Assembly (NCBI RefSeq): GCF_964355755.1
Contig: NC_092679.1
Coordinates: forward strand, 9,392,201-9,456,200
DNA from: Antedon mediterranea
Taxonomy: Eukaryota; Animalia; Echinodermata
Reading direction: 5' to 3'
DNA: 64,000 bases
Shown here: one piece after another, positions 1 to 12,900 of the stretch
Position numbering within the stretch: the stretch's first letter is position 1
Layout of the letters: every line of letters begins with the position of its first letter
Made by a program: the position numbers and the translations under genes
Notes under the pieces: model-generated
The model's database searches: none
What the model was told of the DNA's origin: nothing
Seen by the model: the letters and a program-made list of their open reading frames with translations, nothing else

Positions 1-17
1 GTGTGAAAATTTTCTGT

Positions 18-181
18 CGAAATGCTCAAAATGGTCAAAAACGTTTTTAAATACGATATTAAGCTACTTTGTGCTCTTTGATGTTTTTGTGTGAAATGTT
101 TTATCGAAATGCTCAAAATGGTCTAAAACGGTTTCTAATGTGATTTCAAGCACTTTGATGTTTTTGTGTAACCAAGTTTTT
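18..181 (+). repeat. Divergent cassette type 1 (A1 87 bp + B1 77 bp), the HOR punctuation unit; about 46 copies in the window
   Basis: Preceded by the marker GTGTGAAAATTTTCT at 1, 778, 1731, 3891, 6149, 7717, 9875, 10653, 11430, 13600, 15080, 17238, 18016, 18793, 20963, 21475, 22955, 23815, 26250 ... 61652. Diagnostic motifs are CGAAATGCTC, GGTCAAAAACGTTTTTAAATACGATATTAAGCTAC and AAACGGTTTCTAATGTGATTTCAAGCAC. Confidence 0.93.
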
Positions 182-1308
182 CGAAAATCACAAAATTGTC
201 TAAAACGTCTCCAAATGCGATTTGAAGCTATTCTGTACTCTTTGATGTTTTTATGTTAACAAGTTTTTCGAAAATCACAAAATGGTCTAAAACGTCTCCA
301 AATGCGATTTTAAGCTATTCTAAGCACTTTGGTGTTTTTATGTTAACAAGTTTTTTTGAAATCACAAAATGGTCTAAAACGTCTCTAAATGAGATTTGAA
401 GCTTTTCTGTACATTTTGATGTTTTTATGTTAACAAGTTTTTTCGAAAATCACAAAATGGTCTAAAATGTCTCCAAATGCGATTTGAAGCTATTCTAAGC
501 ACTTTGGTGTTTTTATGGAAACAATTTTTTTCGAAAATCACAAAATGGTCTAAAACGTCTCCAAATGTGATTTGAAGCTATTCTGTACACTTTGATGTTT
601 TTATGTTAGCAAGTTTTTTCGAAAATCACAAAATGGTCTAAAACGTCTACAAATGCGATTTGAAGCTAATCTGTACACTTTGATTTTTTTATGTTAACAA
701 GTTTTTTCGAAAATCACAAAATGGTCTAAAACGTTTCCAAATGCGATTTGAAGCTATTCTGTACACTTTGATGTTTTGTGTGAAAATTTTCTGTCGAAAT
801 GCTCAAAATGGTCAAAAACGTTTTTAAATACGATATTAAGCTACTTTGTGCTCTTTGATGTTTTTGTGTGAAATGTTTTATCGAAATGCTCAAAATGGTC
901 TAAAACGGTTTCTAATGTGATTTCAAGCACTTTGATGTTTTTGTGTAACCAAGTTTTTCGAAAATCACAAAATTGTCTAAAACGTCTCCAAATGCGATTT
1001 GAAGCTATTCTGTACACTTTGATGTTTTTATGTTAACAAGTTTTTCGAAAATCACAAAATGGTCTAAAACGTCTCCAAATGCGATTTGAAGCTATTCTGT
1101 ACACTTTGATGTTTTTATGTTAACAAGTTTTTCGAAAATCACAAAATGGTCTAAAACGTCTCCAAATGCGATTTGAAGCTAATCTGTACACTTTGATGTT
1201 TTTATGTTAACAAGTTTTTTCGAAAATCACAAAATGGTCTAAAACGTTTCAAAATGCGATTTGAAGCTTTTCTTTACACTTTGGTGTTTTTATGTTAACA
1301 AGTTTTTT

Positions 1309-1396
1309 CGAAAATCACAAAATGGTCTAAAACGTCTCCAAATGCGATTTGAAGCTATTCTGTACACTTTGATGTTTTTATGTTAACAAGTTTTTT
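1309..1396 (+). repeat. Representative consensus 88-bp monomer
   Basis: Exact match to the majority consensus, 27/88 GC. Length variation of 87-89 bp comes mainly from the terminal T-run (T5-T7). Confidence 0.95.
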
Positions 1397-2877
1397 CGAA
1401 GATCACAAAATGGTCTAAAACGTCTACAAATGCAATTTGAAGCTATTCTAAGCACTTTTGTGTTTTTATGTTAACAAGTTTTTTTCGAAAATCACAAAAT
1501 GGTCTAAAACGTCTGCAAATGCGATTTTAAACTATTCTTAGCACATTGGTGTTTTTATTTAAACAAATTTTTTCGAAACTCACAAAATGGTCTAAAACGT
1601 CTCCAAATGCGATTTGAAGCTATTTTAAGCACTTTGGTGTTTTTGTGTTAACAAGTTTTTCGAAATGCTCAAAATGGTCTAAAACGTTTCCAAATGCGAT
1701 TTGAAGCTATTCTGTACACTTTGATGTTTTGTGTGAAAATTTTCTGTCGAAATGCTCAAAATGGTCAAAAACGTTTTTAAATACGATATTAAGCTACTTT
1801 GTGCTCTTTGATGTTTTTGTGTGAAATGTTTTATCGAAATGCTCAAAATGGTCTAAAACGGTTTCTAATGTGATTTCAAGCACTTTGATGTTTTTGTGTA
1901 ACCAAGTTTTTCGAAAATCACAAAATTGTCTAAAACGTCTCCAAATGCGATTTGAAGCTATTCTGTACACTTTGATGTTTTTATGTTAACAAGTTTTTCG
2001 AAAATCACAAAATGGTCTAAAACGTCTCCAAATGCGATTTTAAGCTATTCTAAGCACTTTGGTGTTTTTATGTTAACAAGTTTTTTTGAAAATCACAAAA
2101 TGGTCTAAAACGTCTCTAAATGCGATTTGAAGCTTTTCTGTACACTTTGGTGTTTTTATGGAAACAATTTTTTTCGAAAATCACAAAATGGTCTAAAATG
2201 TCTCCAAATGCGATTTGAAGCTATTCTAAGCACTTTGATGTTTTTATGTTAACAAGTTTTTTCGAAAATCACAAAATGGTCTAAAACGTCTCCAATAGCG
2301 ATTTTAAGCTATTCTGTACACTTTGATGTTTTTATGTTAACAACTTTTTTCGAAAATCACAAAATGGTCTAAAATGTCTCCAAATGCGATTTGAAGCTAT
2401 TCTAAGCACTTTGGTGTTTTTATGGAAACAATTTTTTTCGAAAATCACAAAATGGTCTAAAACGTCTCCAATAGCAATTTGAAGCTTTTCTTTACACTTT
2501 GGTGTTTTTATGTTAACAAGTTTTTTCGAAAATCACAAAATGATCTAAAACGTCTCCAAATGCGATTTGAAGCTATTCTGTACACTTTGATGTTTTTATG
2601 TTAACAAGTTTTTTCGAAAATCACAAAATGTTCTAAAACGTCTACAAATGCAATTTGAAGCTATTCTAAGCACTTTTGTGTTTTTATGTTAACAAGTTTT
2701 TTCGAAAATCACAAAATGGTCTAAAACGTCTGCAAATGCGATTTGAAATTATTCTTAGCACATTGGTGTTTTTATTTAAACAAATTTTTTCGAAACTCAC
2801 AAAATGGTCTAAAACGTCTCCAAATGCGATTTGAAGCTATTTTAAGCACTTTGGTGTTTTTGTGTTAACAAGTTTTT

Positions 2878-3042
2878 CGAAATGCTCAAAATGGTCTAAA
2901 ACGTTTTTAAACACGATATTAAGCTATTTTGTGCTCTTTGGTGTTTTTTTGTGAAAAGTTTTAGCAAAATGCTCAAAATGGTCTAAAACGATTTCTAATG
3001 TGATTTTAAGCACTTTGATGTTTTTATGTTAACTAGTTTTTT
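2878..3042 (+). repeat. Divergent cassette type 2 (A2 + shortened B2), paralog of cassette 1; about 20 copies
   Basis: AAACACGATATTAAGCTATTTTGTGCTC...GTGAAAAGTTTTAGCAAAATGCTC...ACGATTTCTAATGTGATTTTAAGCAC...TTAACTAG starts at 2878, 3218, 5476, 9202, 12927, 16565, 20290, 25577, 29127, 29467, 31725, 35451, 39176, 45078, 50087, 56475, 60201 and 63943, with altered copies at 41259 and 48639. Confidence 0.92.
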
Positions 3043-6000
3043 CGAAAATCACAAAATGGTCTAAAACGTCTCCAAATGCGATTTGAAGCTATTTTAAGCA
3101 CTTAGGTGCTTTTGTGTAACCAAGTTTTTTTGAAAATCACAAAAGGGTCTAAAATGTCTCCAAATGTGATTTGAAGCTATTTTAAGCACTTTGGTGTTTT
3201 TGTGTTAACAAGTTTTTCGAAATGCTCAAAATGGTCTAAAACGTTTTTAAACACGATATTAAGCTATTTTGTGCTCTTTGGTGTTTTTTTGTGAAAAGTT
3301 TTAGCAAAATGCTCAAAATGGTCTAAAACGATTTCTAATGTGATTTTAAGCACTTTGATGTTTTTATGTTAACTAGTTTTTTCGAAAATCACAAAATGGT
3401 CTAAAACGTCTCCAAATGCGATTTGAAGCTATTTTAAGCACTTAGGTGCTTTTGTGTAACCAAGTTTTTTTGAAAATCACAAAAGGGTCTAAAATGTCTC
3501 CAAATGTGATTTGAAGCTATTTTAAGCACTTTGGTGTTTTTGTGTTAACAAGTTTTTCGGAAATCACAAAATTGTCTAAAACGTCTCCAAATGCGATTTG
3601 AAGCTATTCTGTACACTTTGATGTTTTTATGTTAACAAGTTTTTTAGAAAATCACAAAATGGTCTAAAACATCTCCAAATGCGATTTAAAGCTATTTTAA
3701 GCACTTTGGTGTTTTTATGTTAACAAGTTTTTTCGAAAATCACAAAATGGTCTAAAACGTCTCCAAATGCGATTTGAAGCTATTTTAAGCACTTGGGTGT
3801 TTTTGTGTTAACAAGTTTTTCGAAATGCTCAAAATGGTCTAAAACGTTTCCAAATGCGATTTGAAGCTATTCTGTACACTTTGATGTTTTGTGTGAAAAT
3901 TTTCTGTCGAAATGCTCAAAATGGTCAAAAACGTTTTTAAAAACGATATTAAGCTACTTTGTGCTCTTTGATGTTTTTGTGTGAAATGTTTTATCGAAAT
4001 GCTCAAAATGGTCTAAAACGGTTTCTAATGTGATTTCAAGCACTTTGATGTTTTTGTGTAACCAAGTTTTTCGAAAATCACAAAATTGTCTAAAACGTCT
4101 CCAAATGCGATTTGAAGCTATTCTGTACTCTTTGATGTTTTTATGTTAACAAGTTTTTCGAAAATCACAAAATGGTCTAAAACGTCTCCAAATGCGATTT
4201 TAAGCTATTCTAAGCACTTTGGTGTTTTTATGTTAACAAGTTTTTTTGAAATCACAAAATGGTCTAAAATGTCTCTAAATGAGATTTGAAGCTTTTCTGT
4301 ACATTTTGATGTTTTTATGTTAACAAGTTTTTTCGAAAATCACAAAATGGTCTAAAATGTCTCCAAATGCGATTTGAAGCTATTCTAAGCACTTTGGTGT
4401 TTTTATGGAAACAATTTTTTTCGAAAATCACAAAATGGTCTAAAACGTCTCCAAATGTGATTTGAAGCTATTCTGTACACTTTGATGTTTTTATGTTAGC
4501 AAGTTTTTTCGAAAATTACAAAATGGTCTAAAACGTCTACAAATGCGATTTGAAGCTAATCTGTACACTTTGATGTTTTTATGTTAACAAGTTTTTTCGA
4601 AAATCACAAAAGGGTCTAAAATGTCTCCAAATGCGATTTGAAGCTATTCTAAGCACTTTGATGTTTTTATGTTACCAAGTTTTTTCGAAAATCACAAAAT
4701 GGTCTAAAACGTCTCCAATAGCGATTTTAAGCTATTCTGTACACTTTGATGTTTTTATGTTAACAAGTTTTTCGAAAATCACAAAATGGTCTAAAACGTC
4801 TCCAAATGCGATTTTAAGCTATTCTAAGCACTTTGGTGTTTTTATGTTAACAAGTTTTTTTGAAAATCACAAAATGGTCTAAAACGTCTCTAAATGCGAT
4901 TTGAAGCTTTTCTGTACAATTTGATGTTTTTATGTTAACAACTTTTTTCGAAAATCACAAAATGGTCTAAAATGTCTCCAAATGCGATTTGAAGCTATTC
5001 TAAGCACTTTGGTGTTTTTATGGAAACAATTTTTTTCGAAAATCACAAAATGGTCTAAAACGTCTCCAATAGCGATTTGAAGCTTTTCTGTACACTTTGG
5101 TGTTTTTATGTTAACAAGTTTTTTCGAAAATCACAAAATGGTCTAAAACGTCTCCAAATGCGATTTGAAGCTAATCTGTACACTTTGATGTTTTTATGTT
5201 AACAAGTTTTTTCGAAGATCACAAAATGGTCTAAAACGTCTACAAATGCAATTTGAAGCTATTCTAAGCACTTTTGTGTTTTTATGTTAACAAGTTTTTT
5301 CGAAAATCACAAAATGGTCTAAAACGTCTGCAAATGCGATTTTAAACTATTCTTAGCACATTGGTGTTTTTATTTAAACAAATTTTTTCGAAACTCACAA
5401 AATGGTCTAAAACGTCTCCAAATGCGATTTGAAGCTATTTTAAGCACTTTGGTGTTTTTGTGTTAACAAGTTTTTCGAAATGCTCAAAATGGTCTAAAAC
5501 GTTTTTAAACACGATATTAAGCTATTTTGTGCTCTTTGGTGTTTTTTTGTGAAAAGTTTTAGCAAAATGCTCAAAATGGTCTAAAACGATTTCTAATGTG
5601 ATTTTAAGCACTTTGATGTTTTTATGTTAACTAGTTTTTTCGAAAATCACAAAATGGTCTAAAACGTCTCCAAATGCGATTTGAAGCTATTTTAAGCACT
5701 TAAGTGCTTTTGTGTAACCAAGTTTTTTTGAAAATCACAAAAGGGTCTAAAATGTCTCCAAATGTGATTTGAAGCTATTTTAAGCACTTTGGTGTTTTTG
5801 TGTTAACAAGTTTTTCGGAAATCACAAAATTGTCTAAAACGTCTCCAAATGCGATTTGAAGCTATTCTGTACACTTTGATGTTTTTATGTTAACAAGTTT
5901 TTTAGAAAATCACAAAATGGTCTAAAACATCTCCAAATGCGATTTAAAGCTATTTTAAGCACTTTGGTGTTTTTATGTTAACAAGTTTTTTCGAAAATCA

Positions 6001-6959
6001 CAAAATGGTCTAAAACGTCTCCAAATGCGATTTGAAGCTATTTTAAGCACTTTGGTGTTTTTGTGTTAACAAGTTTTTCGAAATGCTCAAAATGGTCTAA
6101 AACGTTTCCAAATGCGATTTGAAGCTATTCTGTACACTTTGATGTTTTGTGTGAAAATTTTCTGTCGAAATGCTCAAAATGGTCAAAAACGTTTTTAAAT
6201 ACGATATTAAGCTACTTTGTGCTCTTTGATGTTTTTGTGTGAAATGTTTTATCGAAATGCTCAAAATGGTCTAAAACGGTTTCTAATGTGATTTCAAGCA
6301 CTTTGATGTTTTTGTGTAACCAAGTTTTTCGAAAATCACAAAATTGTCTAAAACGTCTCCAAATGCGATTTGAAGCTATTCTGTACTCTTTGATGTTTTT
6401 ATGTTAACAAGTTTTTCGAAAATCACAAAATGGTCTAAAACGTCTCCAAATGCGATTTTAAGCTATTCTAAGCACTTTGGTGTTTTTATGTTAACAAGTT
6501 TTTTTGAAATCACAAAATGGTCTAAAACGTCTCTAAATGAGATTTGAAGCTTTTCTGTACATTTTGATGTTTTTATGTTAACAAGTTTTTTCGAAAATCA
6601 CAAAATGGTCTAAAATGTCTCCAAATGCGATTTGAAGCTATTCTAAGCACTTTGGTGTTTTTATGGAAACAATTTTTTTCGAAAATCACAAAATGGTCTA
6701 AAACGTCTCCAAATGTGATTTGAAGCTATTCTGTACACTTTGATGTTTTTATGTTAGCAAGTTTTTTCGAAAATCACAAAATGGTCTAAAACGTCTACAA
6801 ATGCGATTTGAAGCTAATCTGTACACTTTGATGTTTTTATGTTAACAAGTTTTTTCGAAAATCACAAAAGGGTCTAAAATGTCTGTAAATGCGATTTGAA
6901 GCTATTTAAAGCACTTTGGTGTTTTTAGGTTAACAAGTTTTTTCGAAAATCACAAAAGG

Positions 6960-9900
6960 GTCTAAAATGTCTGTAAATGCGATTTGAAGCTATTTAAAGC
7001 ACTTTGGTGTTTTTAGGTTAACAAGTTTTTTCGAAAATCACAAAATGGTCTAAAACGTCTACAAATGCGATTTGAAGCTATTCTAAGCACTTTTGTGTTT
7101 TTATGTTAACAAGTTTTTTCGAAAATCACAAAATGGTCTAAAATGTCTCCAAATGCGATTTGAAGCTATTCTAAGCACTTTGGTGTTTTTATGGAAACAA
7201 TTTTTTTCGAAAATCACAAAATGGTCTAAAACGTCTCCAAATGTGATTTGAAGCTATTCTGTACACTTTGATGTTTTTATGTTAGCAAGTTTTTTCGAAA
7301 ATCACAAAATGGTCTAAAACGTCTACAAATGCGATTTGTAGCTAATCTGTACACTTTGATGTTTTTATGTTAACAAGTTTTTTCGAAAATCACAAAAGGG
7401 TCTAAAATGTCTGTAAATGCGATTTGAAGCTATTTAAAGCACTTTGGTGTTTTTAGATTAACAAGTTTTTTCGAAAATCACAAAATGGTCTAAAACGTCT
7501 ACAAATGCGATTTGAAGCTATTCTAAGCACTTTTGTGTTTTTATGTTAACAAGTTTTTTCGAAAATCACAAAATGGTCTAAAACGTCTCCAAATGCGATT
7601 TGAAGCTATTTTAAGCACTTTGGTGTTTTTGTGTTAACAAGTTTTTCGAAAATCACAAAATGGTCTAAAACGTTTCCAAATGCGATTTGAAGCTATTCTG
7701 TACACTTTGATGTTTTGTGTGAAAATTTTCTTTCGAAATTCTCAAAATGGTCAAAAACGTTTTTAAATACGATATTAAGCTACTTTGTGCTCTTTGATGT
7801 TTTTGTGTGAAATGTTTTATCGAAATGCTCAAAATGGTCTAAAACGGTTTCTAATGTGATTTCAAGCACTTTGATGTTTTTGTGTAACCAAGTTTTTCGA
7901 AAATCACAAAATTGTCTAAAACGTCTCCAAATGCGATTTGAAGCTATTCTGTACACTTTGATGTTTTTATGTTAACAAGTTTTTCGAAAATCACAAAATG
8001 GTCTAAAACGTCTCCAAATGCGATTTGAAGCTATTCTGTACACTTTGATGTTTTTATGTTAACAAGTTTTTCGAAAATCACAAAATGGTCTAAAACGTCT
8101 CTAAATGCGATTTGAAGCTTTTCTGTACACTTTAATGTTTTTATGTTAACTTTTTTCGAAAATCACAAAATGGTCTAAATTTTCTCCAAATGCGATTTGA
8201 AGCTATTCTAAGCACTTTGATGTTTTTATGTTAACAAGTTTTTTCGAAAATCACAAAATGGTCTAAAACGTCTCCAATAGCGATTTTAAGCTATTCTGTA
8301 CACTTTGATGTTTTTATGTTAACAAGTTTTTCGAAAATCACAAAATGGTCTAAAATGCGATTTTAAGCTATTCTAAGCACTTTGGTGTTTTTATGTTAAC
8401 AAGTTTTTTTGAAAATCACAAAATGGTCTAAAACGTCTCTAAATGCGATTTGAAGCTTTTCTGTACACTTTGATGTTTTTATGTTAACAATTTTTTTCGA
8501 AAATCACAAAATGGTCTAAAATGTCTCCAAATGCGATTTGAAGCTATTCTAAGCACTTTGGTGTTTTTATGGAAACAATTTTTTTCGAAAATCACAAAAT
8601 GGTCTAAAACGTCTCCAATAGCGATTTGAAGCTTTTCTGTACACTTTGGTGTTTTTATGTTAACAAGTTTTTTCGAAAATCACAAAATGGTCTAAAACGT
8701 CTCCAAATGCGATTTGAAGCTAATCTGTACACTTTGATGTTTTTATGTTAACAAGTTTTTTCGAAAATCACAAAATGGTCTAAAACGTTTCAAAATGCGA
8801 TTTGAAGCTTTTCTTTACACTTTGGTGTTTTTATGTTAACAAGTTTTTTCGAAAATCACAAAATGGTCTAAAACGTCTCCAAATGCGATTTGAAGCTATT
8901 CTGTACACTTTGATGTTTTTATGTTAACAAGTTTTTTCGAAGATCACAAAATTGTCTAAAACGTCTACAAATGCAATTTGAAGCTATTCTAAACACTTTT
9001 GTGTTTTTATGTTAACAAGTTTTTTTCGAAAATCACAAAATGGTCTAAAACGTCTGCAAATGCGATTTTAAACTATTCTTAGCACATTGGTGTTTTTATT
9101 TAAACAAATTTTTTCGAAACTCACAAAATGGTCTAAAACGTCTCCAAATGCGATTTGAAGCTATTTTAAGCACTTTGGTGTTTTTGTGTTAACAAGTTTT
9201 TCGAAATGCTCAAAATGGTCTAAAACGTTTTTAAACACGATATTAAGCTATTTTGTGCTCTTTGATGTTTTTTTGTGAAAAGTTTTAGCAAAATGCTCAA
9301 AATGGTCTAAAACGATTTCTAATGTGATTTTAAGAACTTTGATGTTTTTATGTTAACTAGTTTTTTCGAAAATCACAAAATGGTCTAAAACGTCTCCAAA
9401 TGCGATTTGAAGCTATTTTAAGCACTTAGGTGCTTTTGTGTAACCAAGTTTTTTTGAAAATCACAAAAGGGTCTAAAATGTCTCCAAATGTGATTTGAAG
9501 CTATTTTAAGCACTTTGGTGTTTTTGTGTTAACAAGTTTTTCGGAAATCACAAAATTGTCTAAAACGTCTCCAAATGCGATTTGAAGCTATTCTGTACAC
9601 TTTGATGTTTTTATGTTAACAAGTTTTTTAGAAAATCACAAAATGGTCTAAAACATCTCCAAATGCGATTTAAAGCTATTTTAAGCACTTTGGTGTTTTT
9701 ATGTTAACAAGTTTTTTCGAAAATCACAAAATGGTCTAAAACGTCTCCAAATGCGATTTGAAGCTATTTTAAGCACTTTGGTGTTTTTGTGTTAACAAGT
9801 TTTTCGAAATGCTCAAAATGGTCTAAAACGTTTCCAAATGCGATTTGAAGCTATTCTGTACACTTTGATGTTTTGTGTGAAAATTTTCTGTCGAAATGCT

Positions 9901-12900
9901 CAAAATGGTCAAAAACGTTTTTAAATACGATATTAAGCTACTTTGTGCTCTTTGATGTTTTTGTGTGAAATGTTTTATCGAAATGCTCAAAATGGTCTAA
10001 AACGGTTTCTAATGTGATTTCAAGCACTTTGATGTTTTTGTGTAACCAAGTTTTTCGAAAATCACAAAATTGTCTAAAACGTCTCCAAATGCGATTTGAA
10101 GCTATTCTGTACTCTTTGATTTTTTTATTTTAACAAGTTTTTCGAAAATCACAAAATGGTCTAAAACGTCTCCAAATGCGATTTTAAGCTATTCTAAGCA
10201 CTTTGGTGTTTTTATGTTAACAAGTTTTTTTGAAAATCACAAAATGGTCTAAAACGTCTCTAAATGAGATTTGAAGCTTTTCTGTACACTTTGATGTTTT
10301 TATGTTAACAAGTTTTTTCGAAAATCACAAAATGGTCTAAAATGTCTCCAAATGCGATTTGAAGCTATTCTAAGCACTTTGGTGTTTTTATGGAAACAAT
10401 TTTTTTCGAAAATCACAAAATGGTCTAAAACGTCTCCAAATGTGATTTGAAGCTATTCTGTACACTTTGATGTTTTTATGTTAACAAGTTTTTTCGAAAA
10501 TCACAAAATGGTCTAAAACGTCTACAAATGCGATTTGAAGCTATACTGTACACTTTGATGCTTTTATGTTAACAAGTTTTTTCGAAAATCACAAAATGGT
10601 CTAAAACGTTTCCAAATGCGATTTGAAGCTATTCTGTACACTTTGATGTTTTGTGTGAAAATTTTCTGTCGAAATGCTCAAAATGGTCAAAAACGTTTTT
10701 AAATACGATATTAAGCTACTTTGTGCTCTTTGATGTTTTTGTGTGAAATGTTTTATCGAAATGCTCAAAATGGTCTAAAACGGTTTCTAATGTGATTTCA
10801 AGCACTTTGATGTTTTTGTGTAACCAAGTTTTTCGAAAATCACAAAATTGTCTAAAACGTCTCCAAATGCGATTTGAAGCTATTCTGTACACTTTGATGT
10901 TTTTATGTTAACAAGTTTTTCGAAAATCACAAAATGGTCTAAAACGTCTCCAAATGCGATTTGAAGCTATTCTGTACACTTTGATGTTTTTATGTTAACA
11001 AGTTTTTCGAAAATCACAAAATGGTCTAAAACGTCTCTAAATGCGATTTGAAGCTTTTCTGTACACTTTGATGTTTTTATGTTAACAACTTTTTTCGAAA
11101 ATCACAAAATGGTCTAAAATGTCTCCAAATGCGATTTGAAGCTATTCTAAGCACTTTGGTGTTTTTATGTTAACAAGTTTTTTCGAAAATCACAAAATGG
11201 TCTAAAACGTCTCCAAATGCGATTTGAAGCTATTCTGTACACTTTGATGTTTTTATGTTAACAAGTTTTTTCGAAAATCACAAAATGGTCTAAAACGTCT
11301 ACAAATGCGATTTGAAGCTATTCTGTACACTTTGATGTTTTTATGTTAACAAGTTTTTTCGAAAATCACAAAATGGTCTAAAACGTTTCCAAATGCGATT
11401 TGAAGCTATTCTGTACACTTTGATGTTTTGTGTGAAAATTTTCTTTCGAAATGCTCAAAATGGTCAAAAACGTTTTTAAATACGATATTAAGCTACTTTG
11501 TGCTCTTTGATGTTTTTGTGTGAAATGTTTTATCGAAATGCTCAAAATGGTGTAAAACGGTTTCTAATGTGATTTCAAGCACTTTGATGTTTTTGTGTAA
11601 CCAAGTTTTTCGAAAATCACAAAATTGTCTAAAACGTCTCCAAATGCGATTTGAAGCTATTCTGTACACTTTGATGTTTTTATGTTAACAAGTTTTTCGA
11701 AAATCACAAAATGGTCTAAAACATCTCCAAATGCGATTTGAAGCTATTCTGTACACTTTGATGTTTTTATGTTAACAAGTTTTTCGAAAATCACAAAATG
11801 GTCTAAAACGTCTCTAAATGCGATTTGAAGCTTTTCTGTACACTTTGATGTTTTTATGTTAACAACTTTTTTCGAAAATCACAAAATGGTCTAAAATGTC
11901 TCCAAATGCGATTTGAAGCTATTCTAAGCACTTTGATGTTTTTATGTTACCAAGTTTTTTCGAAAATCACAAAATGGTCTAAAATGTCTCCAATAGCGAT
12001 TTTAAGCTATTCTGTACACTTTGATGTTTTTATGTTAACAAGTTTTTCGAAAATCACAAAATGGTCTAAAACGTCTCCAAATGCGATTTTAAGCTATTCT
12101 AAGCACTTTGGTGTTTTTATGTTAACAAGTTTTTTTGAAAATCACAAAATGGTCTAAAACGTCTCTAAATGCGATTTGAAGCTTTTCTGTACACTTTGAT
12201 GTTTTTATGTTAACAACTTTTTTCGAAAATCACAAAATGGTCTAAAATGTCTCCAAATGCGATTTGAAGCTATTCTAAGCACTTTGGTGTTTTTATGGAA
12301 ACAATTTTTTTCGAAAATCACAAAATGGTCTAAAACGTCTCCAATAGCGATTTGAAGCTTTTCTGTACACTTTGGTGTTTTTATGTTAACAAGTTTTTTC
12401 GAAAATCACAAAATGGTCTAAAACGTCTCCAAATGCGATTTGAAGCTAATCTGTACACTTTGATGTTTTTATGTTAACAAGTTTTTTCGAAAATCACAAA
12501 ATGGTCTAAAACGTTTCCAAATGCGATTTGAAGCTTTTCTTTACACTTTGGTGTTTTTATGTTAACAAGTTTTTTCGAAAATCACAAAATGGTCTAAAAC
12601 GTCTCCAAATGCGATTTGAAGCTATTCTGTACACTTTGATGTTTTTATGTTAACAAGTTTTTTCGAAGATCACAAAATGGTCTAAAACGTCTACAAATGC
12701 AATTTGAAGCTATTCTAAGCACTTTTGTGTTTTTATGTTAACAAGTTTTTTCGAAAATCACAAAATGGTCTAAAACGTCTGCAAATGCGATTTTAAACTA
12801 TTCTTAGCACATTGGTGTTTTTATTTAAACAAATTTTTTCGAAACTCACAAAATGGTCTAAAACGTCTCCAAATGCGATTTGAAGCTATTTTAAGCACTT

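Noticed and set aside
728-750. CENP-B box-like motif (minus strand TTGGAAACG within ACGTTTCCAAATGCGA monomers)
   Set aside because: The essential TTCG....A..CGGG core and its spacing are not present. The similarity is to mostly non-essential positions and is plausible by chance.
1380-1410. Rho-independent terminators or promoters at T-runs and palindromes
   Set aside because: There are no GC-rich stems and no transcription units. These motifs are intrinsic parts of the monomer.
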